DNA of 57,998 bases from Candidatus Omnitrophota bacterium (GCA_037131245.1 JBAXRK010000013.1:1-57998); one strand, 5' to 3'; counted from the first letter of the stretch, positions 26,622 to 36,019 are shown. Notes: generated by a model from the sequence alone, not told the origin. Translations and numbers: made by a program.

Positions 26622-28064
26622 TTAGGTTTTCCGGATGAACCGCCACCACAACGCGACATACTGCGACAGCTCCCGGCGCCAGGAAACGAACGGATATAGC
26701 CTGAACTTCATATTATAACCGTACCAGCAGTAAAAAACCATTGTATAAAAAGCGCCGAACGGTAAACGGCACAGGAAGCCCACGCCGCCCCGTAAAATAG
26801 GGAACCGGACAACGACACCGAAAAGCTTGTGAAAATTGCTGATCCACCTGACCCTCTCCGGTGAAAAGCCGAAAGCCGTGCTCCGCTTATTAGTCTCAAG
26901 AAGAAGCGTTTCTTTCCCCAGCAAGCCCTGCTCCCGGGCATAAACCTCGATCGCGGTGCCCGGATACGGATAAAGGATCGACGACCAGGCGAAGGCCGGC
27001 TTAAGGCGGATATTAAAATCCAGCGTTTCAAGGTCCATCGCCTCGCTATCGGCGACCGGCAGACCGATCAGGTTTTGGGTAATGATCTTCACCTTGTGCT
27101 TATGCAAGATTGCCACGCCCCGCTCGATCTCGGCGTTGGTCAATTCGCGCTTAAGGACGGCATTCGCCTTCTCTTCATTACCGCATTCAATACCCATCCA
27201 GGCCGAATCCAGGCCCGCGCCCTTTAACGCGGCAATGATCTCCTCCTTGATAAAGTCCGCCCGGAGGTTAACGCTCAGCGGCAAGCCGACCTGCTCTTTA
27301 TACAGCGCCGCAAAACGGAAGAACCAGGGCCCGGGCTTGGCCAGGAAATTGTCATCATCGATCCAGACAACGTTGAGCGGATACTGCCGCTTAACCTCGA
27401 CGATCTCGCGGACAATGCTCTCGGGTGAACGCGCGCGGACCACCGGGCCTTTACCCTGATAAATATCGTTATAGCGGCTGTTAAAACAATAGGTGCATTT
27501 CTGGGGGCAGCCGCGCGCGGCGAAGAACATCTTGCGGCCCTCGTTCCGTAACGCCGGATCGGCCTCATACATGACGGCCCGGTCGGCGAAAGGCAATGTG
27601 TCAAGGTCGCGAATAAGCGGTGCCAGCGGATTCTTGACCACCTCTGCTCCGTGACGACACCAAAAATTAGGGGAATGACGGTAGTCACCGCCCTCGGCGA
27701 CCCGCCGGCAAAATTCGGGGAACGCTTCATCGGCTTCACCCACGCAGATCGCGTCTACGCCCTCTTCCTGGATCATATCCGGGAAGAACGTCGTGTGCGG
27801 GCCGCCAAAAACCGCCAAGAACGAAATTTCCTTCTTCAGCAGCCGGTTAAACGCCAGCATGCGTCCATGCTCGCCGGTCATCACGCTGTAAGCCACGACA
27901 CCCGGGGCAAAAGACCTGGCGAGCGCAACGGTTCCCTGCTCTCCATGCGTATCTAAAAGTACCAGCCGGGTTTCATGCCCGCGCTCTTTAAGCGCCGCGC
28001 TCAAACACATGATCCCCATGCGTTCATGCATGGTCGATTCTTTAACAATAAAAAGGATCTTCAT
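26622..28064 (-). CDS. B12-binding-domain radical SAM enzyme (class B)
   Basis: An N-terminal cobalamin-binding-like Rossmann segment (KILFIV...MGIMCLSAALKERGHE...) is followed by ARGCPQKCTYCFN (CxxxCxxC). Confidence 0.8.
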   Translation of the reverse strand: MKILFIVKESTMHERMGIMCLSAALKERGHETRLVLLDTHGEQGTVALARSFAPGVVAYSVMTGEHGRMLAFNRLLKKEISFLAVFGGPHTTFFPDMIQEEGVDAICVGEADEAFPEFCRRVAEGGDYRHSPNFWCRHGAEVVKNPLAPLIRDLDTLPFADRAVMYEADPALRNEGRKMFFAARGCPQKCTYCFNSRYNDIYQGKGPVVRARSPESIVREIVEVKRQYPLNVVWIDDDNFLAKPGPWFFRFAALYKEQVGLPLSVNLRADFIKEEIIAALKGAGLDSAWMGIECGNEEKANAVLKRELTNAEIERGVAILHKHKVKIITQNLIGLPVADSEAMDLETLDFNIRLKPAFAWSSILYPYPGTAIEVYAREQGLLGKETLLLETNKRSTAFGFSPERVRWISNFHKLFGVVVRFPILRGGVGFLCRLPFGAFYTMVFYCWYGYNMKFRLYPFVSWRRELSQYVALWWRFIRKT

Positions 28065-29722
28065 TATTTTTCCGGCTTCGGCTCCTCGAACACGGTCAGC
28101 GTGAACTCCAGCGGCACCAACCCCATGCTGGCCTGCTCCTGACGGACCGGGCCGGTGCTTAAGCGTGCCGGGTCAAAACCCGTCCCGGCAATAAGATCAC
28201 TGACCGCCTTGGCCCGCGCGGCGGCCAGCGCCTCCAGGGCCGGCTTATCGACCGCGGCACCTTCGATCAGCTGACGCTTGATCTCGGCAACAACCTTGTC
28301 ATCATCGTAAGAGCCCTCTTTAAGCTTATACTTCTTGGTGATATCCCACAACTCCCGGATGCCGACCCGGCGCTGATAAAGCATCTGGTAGATCCAGCTG
28401 TCAGAGCGCGTCGAATTCTTGCGCAGCTCGGCGAAGTCTTTCTCCAGGGTTACCTGGTTGATGGCTTTCCAGTCAAGGTCGGGGTCATACCCGCCGTCGA
28501 CCTCAAGCTTCAATTTCGGATGGTCTTTAAGGCTCTGCAACAAAGACTGGATCTTTTTCTTCTCCGCGTCGGTAATATCCGTCTTCCCCGGCTGGAACCG
28601 GACATAGCCCAGCTCATCGGTGCCCGTGTCCCCGGCCAGGAACGCGAACGGCTTGGTCACCAGTCCCGTGAAGAAATTCGTAACGACCTGGCCGACCAGC
28701 GACCAGTAATGGAATTCCGGCTTGCTCATGTCGCCGGTCACCGGCAGGGAGATCTTGATACGGCCCTGCGGGTCTTCGAGCAGCGCCACCACCAGGCCGA
28801 ACGGCAGATGAAGAGCGTCCTTGCTTGCCACGCTCTGGCCGAAGGCAAACCGCTGAATAAGGATCTTGTGCGCCGCCGTCAGTTTGTTGCCGCTGATGCG
28901 GTAATCGGTCTTGAACTCCAGCACGCCGTCCTTTAGATCCCGGCCGGCATATTTCCCGACATAGGGGCTTAGGATATCGAGCGCCAACCCATCAAGAGAA
29001 AAACTGGTTTCCAGGTCGATGGGCGTTGCGAACGGCTTGATATTGATCTCGGAGCCGATCGTTCCCTTACCTCCCAGTTTTGCCTGGAAAATAATATTGG
29101 CCGCTCCATCAGGTTTGGTGGAAAACCCGGTGACCTTAATAGCGATATCGGTAAGGGCGACAGAAAAATTGGGATGAATGGTACGGTCAAGAAGATCGAC
29201 GCGGCTGTTCGCGAGCGTCAGGCTGTCAATGATGACCAAAGGCAGAGGTTGTGCCGGGGGCGCCGTCTCTTTGGAGGCGGAGCCTTTCGCAACGGTCGGG
29301 GTAGCGGCAGCGGGAACCGCGGCCGGCGCAGGCATGACCGGCGCGGGCGCCAGCTCCATTAAATTGACTTTCCCGCCATCGAGCAGGACCACGTTGACCT
29401 TGAGACCCTCAAGCGCCACCGACTCAATGCGGTATATTTTCTTGAACAGCGCGAGGAAACTCGCGTCAACGCTCAGCCGGTCAAAGCCCGCCATCAACTG
29501 CCCGTCCTTATCAAGGACCTTAAAGCCGCCCAGCGTCAACCGCCATAAAAAGGGATTGAACGACGCCGACGCCAGCTTGACCGGATGCTTCAGGACTTTT
29601 GTCCCCTGGTCTTCGGCAGCCCACTTGATCACCATAGGCAAAACGACGGCCGCGATAAAAAGGTAGAACACAACAATGCCGGCGACGACTTTAAGCGATA
29701 CCAATCCTATCTTTTTTAACAT
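28064..29722 (-). CDS. Membrane-anchored AsmA-like / DUF748-type protein
   Basis: From the ATG at 29722 there is one N-terminal TM (VAGIVVFYLFIAAVVLPMVI). A long beta-rich periplasmic region then resembles AsmA/DUF748 proteins (LSVDASFLALFKKIYRIESVALEGLKVNVVLLDGGKVNL). Confidence 0.55.
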   Translation of the reverse strand: MLKKIGLVSLKVVAGIVVFYLFIAAVVLPMVIKWAAEDQGTKVLKHPVKLASASFNPFLWRLTLGGFKVLDKDGQLMAGFDRLSVDASFLALFKKIYRIESVALEGLKVNVVLLDGGKVNLMELAPAPVMPAPAAVPAAATPTVAKGSASKETAPPAQPLPLVIIDSLTLANSRVDLLDRTIHPNFSVALTDIAIKVTGFSTKPDGAANIIFQAKLGGKGTIGSEINIKPFATPIDLETSFSLDGLALDILSPYVGKYAGRDLKDGVLEFKTDYRISGNKLTAAHKILIQRFAFGQSVASKDALHLPFGLVVALLEDPQGRIKISLPVTGDMSKPEFHYWSLVGQVVTNFFTGLVTKPFAFLAGDTGTDELGYVRFQPGKTDITDAEKKKIQSLLQSLKDHPKLKLEVDGGYDPDLDWKAINQVTLEKDFAELRKNSTRSDSWIYQMLYQRRVGIRELWDITKKYKLKEGSYDDDKVVAEIKRQLIEGAAVDKPALEALAAARAKAVSDLIAGTGFDPARLSTGPVRQEQASMGLVPLEFTLTVFEEPKPEK

Positions 29723-30336
29723 CAGATCCCCTCTCGCTGCGTTCCTTTTGTGCCCGCCAGAACTTTTTCCATCCGCTGGTCCGGGATAAGCCACATCAGC
29801 GCCACCAGTACATAAAGAGTATCCGCGCTCCACTGGTTAACGAACGACAAAACGACCGCTGCCGCGTAGCTGGCCAGGGAGAGCTTCCCCTTCCAATCGC
29901 GGCCCAGGGTCTGCGCCAGAAGGGATCCCTGCCCGTGATCCTCAACGATACATCCCTGCAGGATAAAATACGCCACCGCGGACATCAACAGCACCGCGCC
30001 ATAGATCGCCGTCGGCCAAGCCGCACCGTGATTCTCTCCCAACCAGCCGGTCGCGAACGGAACAAGGGAAAGCCAGAAAAGTAAATGGGCATTCGCCCAC
30101 ATGATCTTGCTGTTGAGGCGCCGAGCGGTATGTAGCAAATGATGATGATTGTTCCAATAGATCGCGATATAAACGAAACTGAGGGCATAACTGAGGAATT
30201 GCTCGGCCAGCGGCCGCAACGACGCCAGGTCGGTCCCGCGCGGGACCTTTAACTCCAGCACCATGATGGTGATAATGATCGCCAGGACCCCGTCGCTGAA
30301 CGATTCAAGGCGGGTTTTGGGAATATGCGCTTCCAT
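29722..30336 (-). CDS. TMEM175-family (DUF1211) potassium channel
   Basis: It has RLESFSDGVLAIIITIMVLEL (the FSDGV signature) and six predicted TM helices. I prefer the ATG at 30336 over the TTG at 30363. Confidence 0.75.
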   Translation of the reverse strand: MEAHIPKTRLESFSDGVLAIIITIMVLELKVPRGTDLASLRPLAEQFLSYALSFVYIAIYWNNHHHLLHTARRLNSKIMWANAHLLFWLSLVPFATGWLGENHGAAWPTAIYGAVLLMSAVAYFILQGCIVEDHGQGSLLAQTLGRDWKGKLSLASYAAAVVLSFVNQWSADTLYVLVALMWLIPDQRMEKVLAGTKGTQREGI

Positions 30337-30359
30337 CGACAAAAGAAATATCCTCGCGG

Positions 30360-31061
30360 TCAAGCCAGATCGAATAGCAGAAATTCAGCAGGTTCAGCGG
30401 CCATCACCATGATCTCAGCGGCAGCTTCCAGCGATGCCCCATCGCCCGCCCTTAAAGAATGTTCTCCTATTCTAACACAACCTTTCACGATCTGCACCCA
30501 AAGACCGCGGCCGGGTTTGATCGCGTAAGGGACCTTCTGCCCCTTGGTGAGAACACCGCGGAAGATCAGCACATCCTGATGAAAATCGACCAGCCCGCCC
30601 TTGCCCGGCGGCGCGCCGATCAGAAACAGTGGAACCTCCGGATCAGGTTCAGGCAAAGCGACTTCCTTGTACGAAGGCACCAACCCGTTCTTGTCCGGCT
30701 GTATCCAGATCTGGTACAGATGGACCGGTTGCTTATCGGACGCGTTAAACTCGCTGTGCGTGATCCCGCGCCCTGCTGTGATCTTCTGCACTTCCCCGGC
30801 CTTGATCGTTGAGGCATGGCCCATGCTGTCCTTGTGCGCCAGCGCGCCTTCGACCACATAGGTGAAGATCTCCATGTTCTGATGCGGATGCGTGCCAAAC
30901 CCTTCACCTGGCGTCACACGGTCATCATTGATCACGCGCAAAGAACGAAAACCCATATGGCGATGATCGTAATAATCCGCAAATGAAAACGTATGCCAGG
31001 TGTCGAGCCAACCATGATCGGCATGCCCACGCTCCCGCGCCGGCCTGATCGTAATAGACAT
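30360..31061 (-). CDS. Pirin-family cupin protein
   Basis: It has GFGTHPHQNMEIFTYVVEGALAHKDSMG (the pirin metal-binding His motif), at 233 aa. Confidence 0.85.
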   Translation of the reverse strand: MSITIRPARERGHADHGWLDTWHTFSFADYYDHRHMGFRSLRVINDDRVTPGEGFGTHPHQNMEIFTYVVEGALAHKDSMGHASTIKAGEVQKITAGRGITHSEFNASDKQPVHLYQIWIQPDKNGLVPSYKEVALPEPDPEVPLFLIGAPPGKGGLVDFHQDVLIFRGVLTKGQKVPYAIKPGRGLWVQIVKGCVRIGEHSLRAGDGASLEAAAEIMVMAAEPAEFLLFDLA

Positions 31062-31172
31062 AAAACCACCGCTCTTTCTGTCTTACTTAAGTTCCTGGCC
31101 TAAACGTTACCTTAATCATTAATCCTCGATGTTTAGTAGGAAGGTGTTCTAGAATCTTACGCGGCAGGATCG

Positions 31173-31505
31173 TTACACAGTCATCACAACATGAGTCATG
31201 GCTGAGCGTCCTGTGGTAGCTGAGGGACGGATAACGATCTCGATTTCCCTATCGAGAGCATTCAGAAACTGAAAAAGGCGATCAAGTGAAAACAGGCTAA
31301 GCTTGCCAGCCATGAGGCAAGAGACTTTTGACTGGGGAATTCCCAACACTTGCGCTGCTTCTTTCTGCGTCAACCCACGTTCTCGGATAATAGCCGTTAT
31401 CCTTAACATCACCTGAGCACGCGCCATAACACGCTCCGGATGAGCCAGGCCGATATCCGCAAAAACATTACCGCCGCTTCTATAGGTTTTCTCTCTAGTG
31501 TTCAT
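31173..31505 (-). CDS. higA: XRE-family HTH antitoxin (HigA-like)
   Basis: It has GGNVFADIGL...RGLTQKEAAQVLGIPQSKVSCLMAGK. It lies downstream of the toxin gene and overlaps it. Confidence 0.75.
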   Translation of the reverse strand: MNTREKTYRSGGNVFADIGLAHPERVMARAQVMLRITAIIRERGLTQKEAAQVLGIPQSKVSCLMAGKLSLFSLDRLFQFLNALDREIEIVIRPSATTGRSAMTHVVMTV

Positions 31506-31863
31506 GCCGACCTCTACCATGATGAATCAAACAATCTTCTTGTGCCGCACGCAATCGCCGCTTGATCAATTCAACATCCTGCAATGATGTCCTAATCCCG
31601 CGTGTTGATTTCTTTTGAAAGCAATGTAGAACATAGATCGCTGCCGTAAACTTTACTGTATACACCGCACGATATGTATTGCCATCATCATCTGCCCTGA
31701 CTTCCAGGACTCCGGCTCCGCCGAACCCCTTCAAAGGCTTCACATTAAAAGCTTTAGAGCCACATTGAGCCTGATAAAGAGCGAACCCCAAATCCTGACG
31801 GACATCATCGGGAAAACTCTTTAGATCCTCTCGCGATGAGCCCACAAAGACCAGAGCTTTCAT
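31495..31863 (-). CDS. higB: RelE/ParE-superfamily toxin, Gp49/DUF891 (HigB-like)
   Basis: It has FVGSSREDLKSFPDDVRQDLGFALYQAQCG..KPLKGFGGAGVLEVRADDDGNTYRAVYTVKF..AIYVLHCFQKKS. The order is toxin first, antitoxin second. Confidence 0.8.
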   Translation of the reverse strand: MKALVFVGSSREDLKSFPDDVRQDLGFALYQAQCGSKAFNVKPLKGFGGAGVLEVRADDDGNTYRAVYTVKFTAAIYVLHCFQKKSTRGIRTSLQDVELIKRRLRAAQEDCLIHHGRGRHEH

Positions 31864-31878
31864 GAATGCTCTCTTTCT

Positions 31879-31902
31879 AAATATACCATATTTGGTATAT
31901 TT
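31879..31902. promoter_or_regulatory. Inverted repeat AAATATACCA-TATT-TGGTATATTT just upstream of higB (candidate operator)
   Basis: Two perfect 10-nt arms were read directly, starting 16 nt upstream of the higB ATG in an AT-rich 209-nt intergenic region. Confidence 0.55.
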
Positions 31903-32072
31903 GTCAATTAATGCAATTTGACGGAATGTAATGACTTGCGAAGAACAACTCTCGGGGGAGAAAGGTGAGCACAGCGTGTTGATTATATAATAACATAACT
32001 TGATTATTCGTCAAATTTTGTTTTTGCTACGGCGAACAAATCTAGATCTGCTGGCCGACGCCATTTAAGACA

Positions 32073-32435
32073 TCATAGAACCTTGCAGCGGTCATACCCC
32101 ATCCAGCGGAACCTGACAGCGGCAAAGATGTAATACCCGATACGCCCTAACTGACGGATCCCCGGGAAACTCATGATCCGGTACAGCCACCGGAATCCCG
32201 GCATCGCGCGCCAGATCACCAGGAAAGCGTCCAGGCCCCGATGGATCCGGCCCTCATCATCCGCAACATGCAGGACCTTTAGTGCATCAGCCTCTGATAC
32301 ACCGGCCGGCAAAGCCGGGGCCGGCTTCTGCATGATATCGATCCACTCAAAAACACGCACCGGCGCGATGCGCTGATAATGCCGCATCTCGCCGCGGCAC
32401 ACGCCGCATTTTCCGTCGTAATAAACTTTGATCAC
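32073..32435 (-). CDS. DCC-family thiol-disulfide oxidoreductase (DUF393)
   Basis: It has VYYDGKCGVCRGEM (the DxxCxxC motif), is 120 aa and uses a GTG start. Confidence 0.75.
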   Translation of the reverse strand: MIKVYYDGKCGVCRGEMRHYQRIAPVRVFEWIDIMQKPAPALPAGVSEADALKVLHVADDEGRIHRGLDAFLVIWRAMPGFRWLYRIMSFPGIRQLGRIGYYIFAAVRFRWMGYDRCKVL

Positions 32436-32444
32436 AACAACCTT

Positions 32445-33488
32445 CTACTTTAACGTAGTCATATCAATGACGAAGCGGAACTTCACATCGCCCTTGATCA
32501 CGCGCTCGTAAGATTCTTGCGCTTTTTGGATCGGGATAAGCTCGATGTCGGAAACGATCCCGTGCTGGCCGCAAAAATCCAGCATCTCCTGCGTTTCTTT
32601 GATACCGCCGATCAGCGACCCCGACAAACTATGCCGCCCGAAGATCAAACTGGCCGCATGCACCGGCGGCGCCTTGGGTGGAACGCCCAGAAGGACCATG
32701 GTCCCGTCGCGCTTAAGCAATCCCAAATACTGGTTCCAGTCAAGGTCGACGGAAACCGTGCAGATGATCAGGTCGAACATCTTCGCCATTTTCTCGAACG
32801 TCCCGGCTTCGGCCGTGGCAAAATAATGATCCGCGCCCAGCCGTTTGGCGTCGGCTTCCTTGCCGCGCGAACGGCTGATCACGGAAACATCCGCGCCCAT
32901 CGCTTTGGCGATCTTCACCGCCATATGCCCCAGGCCGCCCAGCCCCATGATCGCGACCTTCTTCCCCGGGCCCGCTTTCCAGTGTCGCAGCGGCGAATAC
33001 GTGGTGATCCCCGCGCACAAAAGCGGCGCCACCGCGTCCATCGGCAACTTCGCCGGCAACCGCAGGACATAACTCTCGTCAACCACGATCTTGTCGGAAT
33101 ACCCGCCCTGGGCGAGCGTTTTGCCGTCTTTCTCGTAACTGTTATACGTAAAGATCGGGTGCCCGCAGAACTGCTCGAAGCCCTCCTTGCACTCGGAACA
33201 TTCCCGGCAGGAATCGACCATACAACCCACGCCGACCTTATCGCCCACCTTATACTTCTTCACCTTGCCGCCGACTTCGGCGACCACGCCCACGATCTCG
33301 TGGCCGGGGACCATCGGGTACAGAGCCGGCCCCCATTCGCTGCGGACCTGATGGATATCCGAATGACAGATCCCGCAATATTGGATATTGATCAACACAT
33401 CACTAGGCCCCAGAGCGCGCCGGGAGAACTCATACGGGGCCAGGGGTTGGGACGCCGCGTGCGCGGCATACGATTTGGCAGGATACAT
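32445..33488 (-). CDS. yahK: NADP-dependent Zn alcohol/aldehyde dehydrogenase, YahK/cinnamyl-ADH type
   Basis: From the ATG at 33488 it is near-colinear with E. coli YahK as I recall it: YCGICHSDIHQVRSEWG, VPGHEIVG, APLLCAGITTYSPLRHW and ETQEMLDFCGQHGIVSDIE. The 72 extra residues of the track ORF are discounted. Confidence 0.85.
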   Translation of the reverse strand: MYPAKSYAAHAASQPLAPYEFSRRALGPSDVLINIQYCGICHSDIHQVRSEWGPALYPMVPGHEIVGVVAEVGGKVKKYKVGDKVGVGCMVDSCRECSECKEGFEQFCGHPIFTYNSYEKDGKTLAQGGYSDKIVVDESYVLRLPAKLPMDAVAPLLCAGITTYSPLRHWKAGPGKKVAIMGLGGLGHMAVKIAKAMGADVSVISRSRGKEADAKRLGADHYFATAEAGTFEKMAKMFDLIICTVSVDLDWNQYLGLLKRDGTMVLLGVPPKAPPVHAASLIFGRHSLSGSLIGGIKETQEMLDFCGQHGIVSDIELIPIQKAQESYERVIKGDVKFRFVIDMTTLK

Positions 33489-33516
33489 AAAGCACCTTCT
33501 TTCCGAGCCCAAGGGC

Positions 33517-34245
33517 TCACTTATTAAAACACAATGAAACCGCTGCCACAACGAGCAGGGCGTCAACGCAATAACCGAACACCTTTCCTGAAATATGATG
33601 GATGAATTTTTTTGCCGTCCAGGAGCCCAGGACCATCGCGCCGCCGAGCACCGCGCCCGCCAGGACATCCTGGGGCGTGAGCAGGGCATAGCGCCCGTAA
33701 ACAATGGTCTTGGTCATATGCATCATGACGGCCGTGACCGCTTCACTGGCGACGTACGCGGCCGGCGGCAGGTTCAGGCTTAGAAAAGCCACCGCGCCGA
33801 TCGGCCCGGCGCTGCCGAAGATCGCTGATAAAAAACCCACCAGCGCGCCCCAAGGCAAAAACCATTTCTCGCCCAACGTGTATTTGACATTAAATCGCCG
33901 CAAGATAACGATCGCGAAAAGAAACCCCGCGATCGCTTTCATGATGATGCCCGGAGGCAATTCCACAAAAAGTTTGGCGCCGATCACGGACGCCGGCACC
34001 GCGCCCAGGCAGAAATAAACCACCGGCCGCCAACGGATATCCTGAAAATTGAACGCCGCCCGGGAAAGATTGCCCATCAGCCAGGCAATGGTAAGGATCG
34101 GGATGGCTTTTTTCGCCCCGATAAAGAACGAAAATACCGGCAGGACAATGAGCGACCCGCCGAAGCCAGCCACGCCGGAAACGGTCGCGGCCAGCCACGA
34201 GACGAACAGCAGGATCGACCAGGTAACGATCATCATATCAACCAC
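33517..34245 (-). CDS. TauE/SafE-family anion exporter (sulfite exporter family)
   Basis: It has about 7-8 TM helices and the typical motifs GFGGSLIVLP and GSAGPIGAVAFLSL. The start is uncertain (GTG 34245 or ATG 34236). Confidence 0.7.
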   Translation of the reverse strand: MVDMMIVTWSILLFVSWLAATVSGVAGFGGSLIVLPVFSFFIGAKKAIPILTIAWLMGNLSRAAFNFQDIRWRPVVYFCLGAVPASVIGAKLFVELPPGIIMKAIAGFLFAIVILRRFNVKYTLGEKWFLPWGALVGFLSAIFGSAGPIGAVAFLSLNLPPAAYVASEAVTAVMMHMTKTIVYGRYALLTPQDVLAGAVLGGAMVLGSWTAKKFIHHISGKVFGYCVDALLVVAAVSLCFNK

Positions 34246-34248
34246 ACG

Positions 34249-34632
34249 TCAGCTTTTTTTCACGACCAGCGGCAGGACCTTCTGGACGTTAAAATACACC
34301 AGGAACTTTTTATCGTGCCCTTCATCGCAACTCTTACCATGACAGAACTTCCGCAACTGGTCAATAAGGCCCTGGTCATCGGTCTCGCCGGTCTTTTTAA
34401 GGTAATAACGCTTACCCTTATAACCGGGGCCATCCTCTTTAAACAGATAAACCGCGTACGGATTGGAGAGCAGATTCTTGTGCGTCAAACGGTCCGCCGT
34501 TATGAACGCGATCTTTTTGTCACTGATCACTTGCGGCCGCGAATAAACCGCCGCGTCGACTCGGCCCGTCTTATCAGCCGTGGATAACACGCCAAAACCT
34601 TTGCCGCAGTTGAGATAATGCTTGAGACCCAT
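34249..34632 (-). CDS. Pyridoxamine 5'-phosphate oxidase-like FMN-binding split-barrel protein
   Basis: GFGVLSTADKTGRVDAAVYSRP...IAFITADRLTHKNL resembles the PNPOx-like small-protein family. Confidence 0.5.
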   Translation of the reverse strand: MGLKHYLNCGKGFGVLSTADKTGRVDAAVYSRPQVISDKKIAFITADRLTHKNLLSNPYAVYLFKEDGPGYKGKRYYLKKTGETDDQGLIDQLRKFCHGKSCDEGHDKKFLVYFNVQKVLPLVVKKS

Positions 34633-34714
34633 GGATTCCTCCTTGGATTAGATGTCAGTAACAGGACTTTTTACTTAGTAGAAGAAAAAGGAGATAACTT
34701 ACTGGCGCGAATTA

Positions 34715-36013
34715 ATGAATGCCGGCAAGCGCTTTTTATCATATAATTCTTTCTTCACCATGAACGATCCGGCCAAAGCCCCCCATTTCACCGAAGCCCT
34801 CAAGCTCCCTGACGTCCGGCTCTTTATCGGATCGATCGGGTTCTTTTCTTTGGCCAGCCGGGCTCTGGCCGTGGTCATCAGCTTTCAGATCTACCGCCTC
34901 ACCCACAGCGCGCTCGCCCTCGGCTGGTTGGGGCTTATCGAAGCCGTACCGGCCTTATCCATTTTTCTCATCGGTGGTTACGTGGCCGACCATTATGACC
35001 GGCGGCGTATCCTGCTCATCGCCCGCGGCGTTTCATTTTTGTGCGCCGGCGCGCTCCTGTTATTATCATTGGAAAACACGCCCTATACCATCGCCGGCCT
35101 GTACGGCGTTATTTTCCTTACCGGCATTGCCCGGGGCTTTGCCGACCCGGCCAGTACCGCTTTTGAAGCCCAAGTCGTCCCCAAACAGCTGACGGTCAAC
35201 GCGGCCTCCTGGATCAGCAGCACCTTCATCGGCTGCTCGGTCATCGGCCCGGCGGGTATTGGGTTTGTTTTTGAATTCTTCGGCGCGACCGGCTCCTATA
35301 TCACGATCGCCGCCTGCCTGGCTATTTCCTGGACTTTCACTTTTTTCATCGCCCCCAAACCCAGGCCTGTTCCGGAAACCAAAGAGCCGCTGATCCAAAG
35401 CATCCGGACCGGCTGGCGTTTTGTATGGAAGAACCAGCCGCTATTATCGGCCATGTCGCTGGATCTGCTGGCGGTCCTGTTCGGGGGCATGATCGCGCTG
35501 CTGCCCATCTTTGCCGACGATATCCTGCATGTGGGGGCCAAAGGGCTGGGGCTGCTCAACGCGGCGCCGTCCCTGGGCGCGGTGCTCATGACGCTCGTGG
35601 CCACCAAACACCCGCCCATCGCGCGCGCCGGGCGTAACCTGCTCCTCACGGTCACCGGCTTCGGGATCTGCACGATCCTTTTTGCTTTCTCACGGAACTT
35701 CTGGTTATCGCTGGGGTTGCTTTTCCTGACGGGCGTCTTTGACGGGGTAAGCATGGTGATCCGCCGTTCCATGGTCAGGCTTTTGTCACCCGACCATCTG
35801 CGCGGCCGCATCGCGGCCACCAACTGGCTGTTCATCTGCTCTTCGAACGAATTAGGCGCCTGGGAAAGCGGCATGGTCGCGGCGCTCATTGGAACAGTCC
35901 CCTGCGTCGCGGTCGGCGGATCGATCACGCTCTTAGTCGCGGCCGTTGTGGCGCTCACCGCCCCGCAACTCAGGCGCCTGCGTTTCGACCCGCGGACCAT
36001 GGAACAAAAATAA
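34715..36013 (+). CDS. MFS transporter (EntS/DUF894-like)
   Basis: It has about 12 TM helices and GGYVADHYDRRRILL (MFS loop 2-3 motif). The start is uncertain (34715 or 34760). Confidence 0.75.
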   Translation: MNAGKRFLSYNSFFTMNDPAKAPHFTEALKLPDVRLFIGSIGFFSLASRALAVVISFQIYRLTHSALALGWLGLIEAVPALSIFLIGGYVADHYDRRRILLIARGVSFLCAGALLLLSLENTPYTIAGLYGVIFLTGIARGFADPASTAFEAQVVPKQLTVNAASWISSTFIGCSVIGPAGIGFVFEFFGATGSYITIAACLAISWTFTFFIAPKPRPVPETKEPLIQSIRTGWRFVWKNQPLLSAMSLDLLAVLFGGMIALLPIFADDILHVGAKGLGLLNAAPSLGAVLMTLVATKHPPIARAGRNLLLTVTGFGICTILFAFSRNFWLSLGLLFLTGVFDGVSMVIRRSMVRLLSPDHLRGRIAATNWLFICSSNELGAWESGMVAALIGTVPCVAVGGSITLLVAAVVALTAPQLRRLRFDPRTMEQK

Positions 36014-36019
36014 AGCGGC

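Noticed and set aside
32517-33527. 336-aa plus-strand ORF antisense to the yahK-like dehydrogenase
   Set aside because: It is an Arg/Pro/His-rich shadow ORF, and the opposite strand encodes a protein colinear with YahK. The same reasoning rejects 24391..25086, 35296..36078, 37907..38692, 40386..41234, 44069..44944, 44911..45705, 47895..48836 and the other long antisense ORFs in the track.
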